Assembly: GCA_017527365.1 (NCBI GenBank)
Contig: JAFXQD010000090.1
Span: forward strand, 1,568-65,567
Length of the DNA: 64,000 nt
Direction of reading: 5' to 3'
Source of the DNA: Oscillibacter sp.
GTDB lineage: Bacteria; Bacillota; Clostridia; Oscillospirales; Oscillospiraceae
A program made the position numbers and the translations under genes. Within the stretch, counting starts at the first letter, position 1. Each line of letters begins with the position of its first letter. A model generated the notes under the pieces. The model saw only the letters and a program-made list of their open reading frames with translations, did no database searches and had not been told where the DNA came from. Shown here in pieces: positions 7,568 through 19,231 of this stretch.

Positions 7568-10089
7568 GCGCCCTCCGTTTCCGCCGACTTCTTGCGCGCC
7601 ACGCGCTTTTTCGCCGCCGGCTCTTCCGCGCCTTCCGGCTTTTTGCGCGCCGCCCGTTTTTTCACGAGCGCGGCTTCGTCCGTATCGCTTGCCTTTTTGC
7701 GCGTCGTGCGCTTTGCTTTCGCGGGTTTCGCTTCGTCGGCGGGCTTTCCGGACTCGGCGGCTTCCCCGTCTTTCTCCGGCTTCTTATAATATCCGCGCTG
7801 ATCTTCCGGCAGGAAGTTCGGGCAGTCCGGGTTAATGCAGAACGGCTTCTTCCTGCCCTTCCCCGACAGTTTAAACATCGTCCAACCGCATACCGGGCAG
7901 TCGTCCTTGAGCGGGATGTCCCACGTGCGGAAATCGCAGGTGGCGGTTTTGTACTTGTTGGAAACCTGATTTTCGCAACAGTAATACGCGTAGGGCTTAT
8001 GCGTCGTCTGGCTGACGCCGCCGCGCTTCATGAGGCGCCCGCCGCACTTCGGGCAACGCCCCGGCATGACCTCCACCAACGGCATGGCGAACGCGCATTC
8101 CGGATAGCCGGGGCAGGACAGGAACGGCCCGAAACGCCCCGACTTTATCACCAGATTCCGCCCGCATACCGGGCAGACTTCCTCCGTGACCTGTTCCGGC
8201 ACTTTAATGCGCACGCCGTCCAATGCTTTTTCGGCGTCTTTCAGGCTCTGGTCGAACTTGCCGTAGAAGCCCCGCAGGACGGATTTTCCCGTCCGTTGCC
8301 CCTCCTCCACGGCGTCCAAGGCCTCTTCCATACGCGCCGTAAAGCCCACGTCGGCAATATCGGAAAAGCGCTCTTTCATGAGTTGCGTTACCACGCGCCC
8401 AAGGCTTGTGATATGCAGGTACTTGCCCTCTTTCATCACATATTGCCTGTCTAAAATCGTGGAGACGGTGGGGGCGTAGGTGGACGGGCGCCCGATTCCC
8501 TCCTCTTCCATGGCGCGGATAAGCGTGGCGTCGGTGTAATGGGCGGGGGGCTGGGTGAAATGCTGGGCGGCCTCGTATCCGCGCAGGCAAAGAACCTGCC
8601 CTTCCCGCAGGGACGGCAACGGGGAATTGCTTTCTTCCTTTTCGTCGTCGCGGCCTTCCTCGTAAACCGCCGTAAAGCCGTTGAATTTCAGCGCGGAGGA
8701 CGCGGCGCGGAAAATATGGGCGCCGGAAGTCTGGGCGGGCGTCAGGGCGGCAATGTCTGCGGACACGCTGTCATAGACGGCGGCGGACATCTGGCAGGCA
8801 AGAAAGCGGCTCCAAATGAGCTTATAAAGCTGGTACTGCTCCCTTGTCAAGCTGTCCTTGACGGTTTCGGGGGCGCGGTTTACGTCGCTGGGGCGTATGG
8901 CTTCGTGGGCGTCCTGCGCGTTGCCCTTGGCGCGGTAACGGCGCGGCTCGTCGGGGCAGTACGCCTTCCCGTAACGCCCGACGATGAACTCACGCGCTAC
9001 CGCTATCGCCTCTTCCGACAGCCGCAAGGAGTCCGTGCGCATATAGGTTATCAGCCCTACCGCGCCTTCGCCCTTGATTTCCACGCCCTCGTAGAGCTGT
9101 TGCGCGATTGCCATCGTGCGCCGGGGCGTCATGTTGAGCTTGCGCGAGGCGTCCTGCTGGAGCGTGGACGTGGTGAACGGCGGCGCGGGGTTGCGCCGCT
9201 TCTCGGCGCGCTTCACTTTCACTACTACGAAATCCTTGCCGACAGTCTCCCGGATTACCGCGTCCGCGTCGGCGCGGCTTCTGAGCTCGCCCTTTTTGCC
9301 GTCGATTCCGTGCCAACGCGCCAAGAAAGCGGAGGGGTCGCGTGGGGGCAAGGGCGTCGCGGGGGCGTCGGGGTCGTAGGGCGGCAAGGGCTCGGCGTGG
9401 GCGGGCGGCGCGTGTTGCCCGGACTCTCCCTCTTTGCCCGGTTCGGCGGACACGCGCACGTTGACGGGCGGCGCCATTCCCGCCGGGAGCGGGAGCTGTC
9501 CGACAGCCGCGTCAAGCGACCAGTATTCCTCCGGCTTGAAATCCTCAATTTCCTTGTCGCGGTCGTCCACCATGCGCGTGGCGACGGACTGCACCCGCCC
9601 CGCCGACAGCCCCCGGCGTATCTTCTGCCACAGCAACGGGCTTAGTTTGTAGCCCACCAGACGGTCAAGAATGCGCCGGGTCTGCTGGGCGTCCACGAGG
9701 GCAAGGTCAAGCTCGCGGGGGGATTGTATCGCGTCGCGCACGACTTTCTTTGTAATCTCGTTGAACGTGACGCGCCGCGCTTTGGCGTCGGGCAAGTCCA
9801 AGAGCTGTTTCAAATGCCACGAAATGGCCTCCCCTTCGCGGTCGGGGTCGGTGGCCAAATAGACGGTGTCGGCTTTCCCGGCGGCCTTCTTCAAGTCCCG
9901 GATGAGCTCCTCCTTGCCCTTGATGGGCTCGTAGGCGGGCTCAAAGTCCCGCTCCACGTCCACGCCCAACTTGCTTTTGGGCAAGTCGCGCAGGTGCCCC
10001 ATGCTGGCGCGGACTTCGTAATCCTTGCCTAAGTATTTCTCGATTGTTTTCGCCTTGGCCGGGGATTCCACGATGACCAGACTTCGCAT
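7564..10089 (-). CDS. topA: DNA topoisomerase I
   Basis: Toprim N-terminus (LVIVESPAKAKTIEKYLG), the PPFTTSTLQQ motif, the active-site region, three CxxC zinc ribbons and a Lys-rich tail. It also carries a Pro-rich insertion (see findings). Confidence 0.95.
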   Translation of the reverse strand: MRSLVIVESPAKAKTIEKYLGKDYEVRASMGHLRDLPKSKLGVDVERDFEPAYEPIKGKEELIRDLKKAAGKADTVYLATDPDREGEAISWHLKQLLDLPDAKARRVTFNEITKKVVRDAIQSPRELDLALVDAQQTRRILDRLVGYKLSPLLWQKIRRGLSAGRVQSVATRMVDDRDKEIEDFKPEEYWSLDAAVGQLPLPAGMAPPVNVRVSAEPGKEGESGQHAPPAHAEPLPPYDPDAPATPLPPRDPSAFLARWHGIDGKKGELRSRADADAVIRETVGKDFVVVKVKRAEKRRNPAPPFTTSTLQQDASRKLNMTPRRTMAIAQQLYEGVEIKGEGAVGLITYMRTDSLRLSEEAIAVAREFIVGRYGKAYCPDEPRRYRAKGNAQDAHEAIRPSDVNRAPETVKDSLTREQYQLYKLIWSRFLACQMSAAVYDSVSADIAALTPAQTSGAHIFRAASSALKFNGFTAVYEEGRDDEKEESNSPLPSLREGQVLCLRGYEAAQHFTQPPAHYTDATLIRAMEEEGIGRPSTYAPTVSTILDRQYVMKEGKYLHITSLGRVVTQLMKERFSDIADVGFTARMEEALDAVEEGQRTGKSVLRGFYGKFDQSLKDAEKALDGVRIKVPEQVTEEVCPVCGRNLVIKSGRFGPFLSCPGYPECAFAMPLVEVMPGRCPKCGGRLMKRGGVSQTTHKPYAYYCCENQVSNKYKTATCDFRTWDIPLKDDCPVCGWTMFKLSGKGRKKPFCINPDCPNFLPEDQRGYYKKPEKDGEAAESGKPADEAKPAKAKRTTRKKASDTDEAALVKKRAARKKPEGAEEPAAKKRVARKKSAETEGA

Positions 10090-10156
10090 TCGCTCTTACC
10101 TCCATGCCCTTCGCAAAGGGCGCGATTATCCGTAACTAAGGCGCGTCCGCCTGTTT

Positions 10157-11392
10157 TTACTCGTTCGTTCCGTCCTCCCGGACTTCCGCAAGGCGCGTGT
10201 AGCGCTTGCCGGGGTACTGCTTCACATAGCCGCCGATTTCCAGCATGGTCAAGTCCGCGAGGACTTGGCGCGTGGGAAGCCCGCTCAAGTCTATGAGGTC
10301 GTCCGCCTGCACGGGGTCTTCCGCGCTCATCAGGCGCAGGATGGCCGCCTGTTCGGGGGTAACGTCGCCGTCCGCGACGGACACGACGGGCAACGCGGGG
10401 GACGCCGGGGGCGCGTCCGGTTCGGGGGCGGCTTTCGCCTTCCGGACGGGCGGTTCTTCCGCGACGGGTTCGGGCAGTATGACGGGGATTTCTTTCGACT
10501 GCCTGAGTTTGTCCGGGAAGCGGGCGGCGTATGCCTCGAAAATGTCGTTGGCGTCGGCGACAAGCGCGGCGCCTTCCTGAATCAGGCGGTTGCAACCTTG
10601 GCTGGCAAAGGCACCAATCGGCCCCGGCACGGCGAACACGTCGCGCCCCTGTTCCAGAGCGCGGGACGCGGTAATCAAAGCCCCGCTCCTCAACGGCGCC
10701 TCCACGACCAGCGCGCCCACGGCGATACCGGACAGTATGCGGTTGCGGACGGGAAAATTACCCGGCAGGGGCTCCGCGCCGGGCGGGTACTCGGAAACCA
10801 GAGCCCCCGACGCCGCCACGTCGTCGTATAAGCCCGCGTTCTCACGCGGGTAAACCACGTCCAGACCGTTGCCCAATACGCCGATAGTAACGCCGCCGCC
10901 CAGCAACGCGCCGCGAATGGCGGCGGAGTCAATGCCCCGCGCCAGCCCGCTCGCCACAATCGCGCCGCCCGTCGCCAAGCCGTAACTAATGCTTTCGGCG
11001 CAGGCGACGCCGTAAGGCGTGCACTTGCGCGTCCCCACGACGCTGAGGACGATTTCCTCGTCAAGCGGCGGCAGGCGCCCCTTGACGTAGAGCAGACAGG
11101 GCGGGTCGTAGATATTCCGCAGGCGGTCGGGGTAATTCGCGTCCTGCAAGGTCACCAAATGCAAATTGAGCTTTTGGCAACGTTCCAAGACGCGCTCCGC
11201 CGCGTCAAGGGAACGGTTCGACAACAGCGCGGCCTGCCGGCGGTCGAGACCTTCCACAAGCGCGAACTCCGGCTCTTCCGCCAAGTAGACGTTTTCGGGC
11301 GTCCCGAAGCGGCGCAACAGCGAAAGCCGCGACTGGTTCGACAGCCCCGGCAGACGCGTCAGCCACAGCCAGTATTTCAACGCCGACCTCAT
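10157..11392 (-). CDS. dprA: DNA-processing protein DprA (Smf)
   Basis: Rossmann-like DprA core (..VVGTRKCTPYG..GLARGIDSAAIRGAL..) plus a C-terminal winged-helix extension. Confidence 0.9.
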   Translation of the reverse strand: MRSALKYWLWLTRLPGLSNQSRLSLLRRFGTPENVYLAEEPEFALVEGLDRRQAALLSNRSLDAAERVLERCQKLNLHLVTLQDANYPDRLRNIYDPPCLLYVKGRLPPLDEEIVLSVVGTRKCTPYGVACAESISYGLATGGAIVASGLARGIDSAAIRGALLGGGVTIGVLGNGLDVVYPRENAGLYDDVAASGALVSEYPPGAEPLPGNFPVRNRILSGIAVGALVVEAPLRSGALITASRALEQGRDVFAVPGPIGAFASQGCNRLIQEGAALVADANDIFEAYAARFPDKLRQSKEIPVILPEPVAEEPPVRKAKAAPEPDAPPASPALPVVSVADGDVTPEQAAILRLMSAEDPVQADDLIDLSGLPTRQVLADLTMLEIGGYVKQYPGKRYTRLAEVREDGTNE

Positions 11393-11485
11393 GCCGCCCC
11401 GCCCCTTTCCCGTTTTCGGTTGCTTGTTATATCCTGATTCCGCCCGTTTGTCAAACCTATTTTTTGACCTGTCAAATTTTGGCAG

Positions 11486-12253
11486 TCAGTCCCCGCGCCG
11501 ACGCGCCGCCTCCCACAGTATCACGGCGGCGGCTATCGAGGCGTTGAGCGATTCGCAATGCTCGCGCATGGGGATTTTGAACGCGCCGCCGCACATCGAC
11601 AGAACCTCTTCCGAAAGCCCGTTCCCCTCGCTTCCAATGGCGACGGCGAAGCGGGTAAAGTCCATGTCCCGCACGTCCTGCGCGTCGGGGCGCAACGCCG
11701 CGCCGTAGAGGGGCAACGCCGAGCGGCGCAACAGCGTTTTGAGCTCCGCCGCCGCGCATGTCCAAGCCGGGACGCGGAACGCCGCGCCCATGGTGGCGCG
11801 TATCGTTTTCGGGCGCCACAGCCCCGCGCAGCCGTTCAGGAGGAATACGCCGTCGGCGCCGAACGCGTCCGCCGTGCGCAACATCGCGCCGACGTTGCCG
11901 GGGTCCTGCACGCCGTCAAGGACGAGGTAACAGCGCCCGCCCAGACTTTCCGGAAGCGGGCGTTCCGGTATCGCGCACACGCCCAAGACGCCCTGCGGCG
12001 TTTTCGACGGCGAAACCGCGTCCATGATGTCGGGCGGCACGGAGACCGTGCGCACGTGCGGCGGCAACGGCGGAAGCTCCGCGCCGTCCGCGCAGAGAAC
12101 CGCCCGCACGTCAACGCCGTGCGCGAGCGCCTCCCGCAACAGCTTGAAGCCGTCGCACACGAACTCCCCCGCGCTCCGGGAGTACGGCGCGGAAGCGGCG
12201 AGTTTCCGCGCATGGGCAACGAGCGGATTGTTCCGGCTTGTGATTCGCTCCAT
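11486..12253 (-). CDS. TrmH/SpoU family RNA 2'-O-methyltransferase
   Basis: SpoU motifs LVLDGVQDPGNVGAMLRTADAFG, AIGSEGNGLS and IPM..ESLNASIAAAVILWE. The start is taken at the ATG at 12253 (MERITSRNNP), which has a G-rich SD. Confidence 0.85.
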   Translation of the reverse strand: MERITSRNNPLVAHARKLAASAPYSRSAGEFVCDGFKLLREALAHGVDVRAVLCADGAELPPLPPHVRTVSVPPDIMDAVSPSKTPQGVLGVCAIPERPLPESLGGRCYLVLDGVQDPGNVGAMLRTADAFGADGVFLLNGCAGLWRPKTIRATMGAAFRVPAWTCAAAELKTLLRRSALPLYGAALRPDAQDVRDMDFTRFAVAIGSEGNGLSEEVLSMCGGAFKIPMREHCESLNASIAAAVILWEAARRRGD

Positions 12254-12423
12254 ATCCCCGCCCCCTTCCAGACGCAACGCGCCAATCATAACACAGCCTT
12301 GAAGGGGAATGCAAGACGCTATGACAAATTTTTATTGCGCCGGGGGCGGAACTTTCAAGCGTCCGATTCTTTTGCCGACGGCAAAAAGCGCGAAACCGTT
12401 GCGGATTTTCGCGGAGATTTCCC

Positions 12424-12452
12424 TTGCAAAAGCCCGGAGACGGCGCTATAAT
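12424..12452 (+). promoter_or_regulatory. sigma-70/sigA-type promoter upstream of the atp operon
   Basis: TTGCAA, a 17-nt spacer, then TATAAT, about 200 nt upstream of the atpB start. Confidence 0.5.
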
Positions 12453-12648
12453 TTGCCTTGTTGCGTCGGCTTTTCGCGGGCGCCGCAATCCAAGGAGCGC
12501 AAATCTCCGAGAACGGGACGAGGTGGAACGTCATGAGGACTGAGAGAGAAAACGTCGGCGCGGAAGCGCGGTCGGGGCAACGCCTGACCGCGTTCGCCGC
12601 GCCGTGGGCGTCGCCCCCGCGCAGGGCTTCCGGAGGGGGGCGGCGCCC

Positions 12649-13698
12649 ATGGTCGTGACGGCGGGCATACTGGTTGCCGCGGCGGCTATCCGCCTGTTGG
12701 TTATCCCGAAATTCACCATTGTTCCGAGCGGTTTCCAGTTCCTGCTTGAACAGTGCGTGCGCGGAGTGGATTCTTTCGGCGCCGCGCTTGTCAAGTTGCG
12801 GCGTTCGTTATGCGCGGCGGCGGTCGGATTCGTGCGCGGGCTGTGGGGCGCGTTGCGCGCCGTCGGCGGCTTCTGCGGGCGGCACGCGAAAGAGCTTATC
12901 GCGTGGGGTTCGGTCATCGGCGTTTTGCTCCTTCTGTGCCTGATTGTGCCCGGCGCGCCGGAGCATGAGGAAATCACCGTCGCCATGCGCGACGCCGTCC
13001 TGCACGAGCACAACCAAATCAGCCTGTTCGGGTGGCGGAGCGTCAACCCCGCCCTTATCGCGGCTATGGCCGTAAGCGGCGCCCTGCTGTTCGGGGCGCT
13101 GTTAATCCGCGTCTTTGTGCTTCCGAAATTCTCCCTTGTTCCGGGACGCTTCCAGCTTGTCTTGGAAACTGTCGTCAACCTGTTGGACGGCCTCGCCGGG
13201 GTCGCGGACGGCAAAAGCGTCAAAATCCCCTTTATCGGGGCTTACGTGTTCGCGGCGGGCGTCTATATCTTCACGGGGACGCTTTTCGAGCTAATCGGCG
13301 TCCAAGCCGTCACGACGCACGGGGCTTCCGTCACGCTTCCCGCGCCTTTAAGCGATGTCAACGCCGCCATCTGCATGGGTTGCCTGAGCTATCTTGTGAT
13401 ACTGTGCGGCGGGGCGGTCAAGCGCGGCGGGAAAGGCATTGCCGCCGCCCTGAAGGAGTTCTCCCTGCCAATCTCCATGAGCTTCCGACTGTTCGGCGCC
13501 CTGTTGAGCGGCCTGCTGGTGACGGATTTGGTCTACCACTACGCCGCCCTCTGCTATGGAATCCCGGTTGTCGTGGGCGTGATATTCACCCTGCTTCACG
13601 CGATTGTCCAGACTTACGTGCTCACGATGCTTGTGGGGATGTACTACAAGGAAGTGACGGAGGAGCCGGAAAAGAAGCCCGACGAGTTTTCCGTCTGA
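12649..13698 (+). CDS. atpB: F0F1 ATP synthase subunit a with a long N-terminal extension
   Basis: C-terminal part has the a-subunit signature (..LPISMSFRLFGALLSG.. with the essential Arg, and ..HAIVQTYVLTML). The start is taken at the ATG at 12649, with GGAGGGGGG about 8 nt upstream. Start is uncertain. Confidence 0.85.
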   Translation: MVVTAGILVAAAAIRLLVIPKFTIVPSGFQFLLEQCVRGVDSFGAALVKLRRSLCAAAVGFVRGLWGALRAVGGFCGRHAKELIAWGSVIGVLLLLCLIVPGAPEHEEITVAMRDAVLHEHNQISLFGWRSVNPALIAAMAVSGALLFGALLIRVFVLPKFSLVPGRFQLVLETVVNLLDGLAGVADGKSVKIPFIGAYVFAAGVYIFTGTLFELIGVQAVTTHGASVTLPAPLSDVNAAICMGCLSYLVILCGGAVKRGGKGIAAALKEFSLPISMSFRLFGALLSGLLVTDLVYHYAALCYGIPVVVGVIFTLLHAIVQTYVLTMLVGMYYKEVTEEPEKKPDEFSV

Positions 13699-13781
13699 AA
13701 CGCCCGCGTTCGCCTCTCCAAGTCGAAAACGGTCGCAATATCCAAATAACTGCCATGAAACACAATGGGGGTAACAACGTC

Positions 13782-14144
13782 ATGAAACAAAGAAAAGTGT
13801 GCGCTATGCTTCTTCTGACCTTCCTGCTGTCGGCTCTGCTGGCGGTGCCCGCGCTCGCCGCGCCCGTCGCCGCGCCGGATATGGCGCCCGTCGCCGCCGC
13901 CGCGCAGGGCGAGGGGCAGATTGTCTCCGGCAAGGCTGTCGCCTGCGGAATCGCCATCGGGCTTGCCGCCGCCGGCGGCGCCGTCGCCATGGGCGTCGCC
14001 GTCGCCAAGGCCAACGGAAGCATTGCGCGCCAGCCGGAAGCCGTCGGCGACATCCGCTCCACGCTCATGCTGGGGCTTGTGTTCATTGAGACGGCTATCA
14101 TTTACGCCCTGCTGGTCGTCATCCTGATTATCTTTGTCCTGTAA
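13782..14144 (+). CDS. atpE: F0F1 ATP synthase subunit c with a signal-peptide-like N-terminal extension
   Basis: C-terminal hairpin ..GIAIGLAAAGGAVAMGVAVAKANGSIARQPEA..LMLGLVFIETAIIYALLV (RQPE loop, carboxylate Glu). The ATG at 13782 has GGGGGT upstream. The rest of the 370-aa ORF-track entry is not coding. Confidence 0.85.
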   Translation: MKQRKVCAMLLLTFLLSALLAVPALAAPVAAPDMAPVAAAAQGEGQIVSGKAVACGIAIGLAAAGGAVAMGVAVAKANGSIARQPEAVGDIRSTLMLGLVFIETAIIYALLVVILIIFVL

Positions 14145-14159
14145 AGGGGGCGCCGGGGA

Positions 14160-14651
14160 ATGCCTCTGAATATTGACTTTCAGCAGATTCTGTTGCACCT
14201 GTTCAATTTCGCCATTCTCGCGGCGGGGCTCTACTTCCTGCTTTACAAGCCCGTCAAGCAGTTCATGGCAAAGCGCATGAGCGTTTACGGCGAGCGGGAG
14301 GCGGAGGCCGCCAAGAACGAGAGCGAAGCCGAGCAACTGCGGCGGAAATACGAGCAGATGATTTTGGACGCCGACGAGGAAATACAGCGCCAGAAGGCGG
14401 AAGCCAGCGAGGAATTGGAAGCCGAAAAGCGCCTGCAACTCGACCAAGCGCGGGCGGAGGCGCGGAAGATTATCGGCACGGCGAGCAAAACGGCGGAAAT
14501 CCGCAGTCAGAAGGTTTTGCAGGACGCGAGCGAGGAAGTGCGGACAATGGCCGTGGAGATGGTGGAAAAGCTGGTCATGGAGTCGGGCGGGGAGGCCTTG
14601 GACGCCTTCCTGAACGCGGCGGAAAGGAAACAGGCGGCGGAGAATGGCTGA
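14160..14651 (+). CDS. atpF: F0F1 ATP synthase subunit b
   Basis: Single N-terminal TM helix followed by a long charged coiled coil. Position is between the c and alpha genes. Confidence 0.85.
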   Translation: MPLNIDFQQILLHLFNFAILAAGLYFLLYKPVKQFMAKRMSVYGEREAEAAKNESEAEQLRRKYEQMILDADEEIQRQKAEASEELEAEKRLQLDQARAEARKIIGTASKTAEIRSQKVLQDASEEVRTMAVEMVEKLVMESGGEALDAFLNAAERKQAAENG

Positions 14652-16433
14652 GAGAAAACATCGCGTTGTCCTGCAAAGCGACACGCCCCCCACGGAAGAA
14701 CAGAAACGGCGTCTCGGAGCCTTTGTCCGCCGGACTTATGATTTTGATGTCCCCATTGAGTGGGAGGAGACGCCGGAGCTTGTCGGCGGCTTCCGTCTGC
14801 ACGTTGACCGCGACCTGTACGACTGGAGCCTTGAGGGGCGCCTGCGGCAGTTCCGGGATAAAATGGCGAAACTTCCCGCCGGACCCAAGAACATTATGCC
14901 CCTGTTGCGCGATACCATGGAGAAGTTTTCGCCGGACGTGTTGCGCGAGGAGCGCGGCGAGGTCTCGTCGGTGGGCGACGGAATCGCCCGCGTGAAGGGT
15001 CTGCCCAACGCCGCATACGGCGAAGTGCTCGAATTTTCCAACGGCGTCCGGGGCATGGTTCAGGACTTGCGGGAGGATTCCATCGGCTGCGTGCTGTTCC
15101 ACGACGACGGGAGCGTGAAAGAAGGCAGTACGGCGCGTTGCACGGGCAATACGGCGGGAATGCCCGTGGGCATCCAGTTTTTGGGGCGCGTCGTGGACGC
15201 GCTCGGAACGCCCATTGACGGCAAGGGCGCGATTAAGTTCGACGGCTACCGCCCCATCGAGATTCCCGCGCCGGGCATTCTGGAGCGCCAGCCCGTGGAC
15301 AAGCCCCTTGAAACGGGTATTTTGTGCATTGACTCCATGTTTCCTATCGGGCGCGGACAGCGGGAATTGATAATCGGCGACCGCCAGACGGGCAAAACCG
15401 CCCTTGCAATCGACACGATTCTGAACCAGAAAAACGAAAAAGTCATTTGCATTTACGTCGCAATCGGGCAGAAATCCGGCTCCGTGGCGCAGTTGGCGGC
15501 GAGCCTCGAAAAGCAGGGCGCCATGGACTACACGATAATCATCAACGCCCCCGCCAGCGCCCCCGCCGCAGAACAGTATATCGCCCCTTACGCGGGTTGC
15601 GCCCTCGGCGAGCACTTCATGTATATGGGGCGCGACGTGCTGATTATCTACGACGACCTGAGCAAACACGCAATCGCCTACCGCGCCTTAAGCCTGCTCT
15701 TGGAACGCTCCCCCGGACGCGAAGCGTACCCCGGCGACGTGTTCTATCTGCACTCCCGCCTCTTGGAACGCTCCGCGCATTTGTGCGACGAGCTCGGCGG
15801 CGGGAGCCTGACGGCGTTGCCGATTATCGAGACGCAGGCGGGCGACGTGTCCGCTTATATCCCGACCAACGTCATTTCCATCACGGACGGGCAAATCTAC
15901 CTTGAAAGCAACCTGTTCTTCTCCGGACAGCGTCCAGCGGTGAACGTGGGCTTGTCGGTGTCCCGCGTGGGCGGCGACGCCCAGACCAAGGCTATGAAAC
16001 GCGCTTCCGGCTCTTTGCGCCTCGACTTGGCGCAGTACCGCGAAATGGAGGTCTTTACCCAGTTCTCCAGCGACCTTGACGACGCCACCAAACGGCAGTT
16101 GATTTACGGAAGCGGGCTCATGCTCCTGTTGCGCCAGAATCAGTATTCGCCGATGAGCCGCCACCGTCAAGTGGCTTTGCTTGTCGCGGCGCTGTCCCAC
16201 ACCATGGTTGACATTCCGCAGAACCGCCTCAACGAGTACCGCGAGGAGCTCTTGGCGGCGATTGAGCGCAACAACCGCAACGAGTGCCAGCGCATTGACC
16301 GCAACGGCAAGTTGGACGACGAGGACAGGGAGCGCATACTGAACACGGCGAAAAAGTTCGCCGAAGATTATTTGCGCCGCCTGCGCCGCAAGGAAGAGGA
16401 ACAGCCGCAGGGCAAACAGGGCGGTGAGGCTTA

Positions 16434-16434
<1 letters not shown>
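14644..16434 (+). CDS. atpA: F0F1 ATP synthase subunit alpha fused to an N-terminal delta (OSCP) C-terminal-domain-like segment
   Basis: Residues about 83-580 are canonical alpha ([17 protein letters not shown] Walker A, ..[28 protein letters not shown]..). Residues 1-75 (..[27 protein letters not shown]) resemble the C-terminal end of subunit delta. The start overlaps the atpF stop by 8 nt. Confidence 0.9.
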
Positions 16435-18730
<2,296 letters not shown>

Positions 18731-18731
18731 T

Positions 18732-19157
18732 ATGGCGGAAGAGTTTCGCGTTCATATTGTGGCGTCCGACCGCGATTTTTTCGACGGGATGTGCACGTCT
18801 ATCCGTCTGCCCACCGTGGACGGAGCCATAGGCATTATGGCGCGCCACATCAACCTTGTCACGGCGATAGTGCCGGGGGAGATGTGGTATCGTCTGCCGG
18901 ACGGGACGGAACGCACGGCGGCGCTTAGTCACGGGTTGCTCCGCGTGGAGAATAACGACATCCTGATTTTAGTGGACAGCGCGGAACATCCGGAGGAAAT
19001 CGACATGGCGCGGGCGAAACGCGCCGCCGAACGCGCCAAGGAAATCATGTTGCAGAGCAAGAGCTGGCAGGAATACTTGCAGACGCAAGCGAGCCTGTCA
19101 AGGGCGATGAACCGCCTGAAAGCGGCGCGCCGCGCCGATTCGCGGGAATTTGACTGA
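18732..19157 (+). CDS. atpC: F0F1 ATP synthase subunit epsilon
   Basis: 142 aa with a beta-sandwich followed by a helical hairpin. The ATG is 2 nt after the atpD stop. It is the last gene of the operon. Confidence 0.85.
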   Translation: MAEEFRVHIVASDRDFFDGMCTSIRLPTVDGAIGIMARHINLVTAIVPGEMWYRLPDGTERTAALSHGLLRVENNDILILVDSAEHPEEIDMARAKRAAERAKEIMLQSKSWQEYLQTQASLSRAMNRLKAARRADSREFD

Positions 19158-19166
19158 TAAAAACGG

Positions 19167-19217
19167 GGAAACTGTACGGAACGCGCCACGCGGTTTTCGT
19201 ACAGTTTCCGTTATTTG
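19167..19217 (+). terminator. intrinsic terminator after atpC
   Basis: 12-bp stem GGAAACTGTACG/CGTACAGTTTCC followed by a T-rich tail (TTATTTGG). Confidence 0.5.
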
Positions 19218-19231
19218 GCAAGGAGGATTTT

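Noticed and set aside
12254-12648. Switch from minus- to plus-strand genes as a replication origin
   Set aside because: I saw no dnaA gene and no cluster of TTATCCACA-like boxes in this window. A simple divergent promoter region (the atp promoter at 12424-12452) explains the gap.
13032-13781. N-terminal 250 codons of the 370-aa ORF that ends as atpE
   Set aside because: This part overlaps atpB in another frame and its sequence is Arg/Gly/Pro-rich noise. Only the part from the ATG at 13782 (SD-preceded) matches a c subunit.
13950-14144. Na+-specific c subunit (ET motif at the carboxylate)
   Set aside because: By hand alignment to the Ilyobacter tartaricus c subunit, the helix-1 Gln is Met here and the Ser-Thr pair after the Glu is Thr-Ala. 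The full Na+-binding signature is therefore absent. The operon order is also F-type, not N-ATPase.
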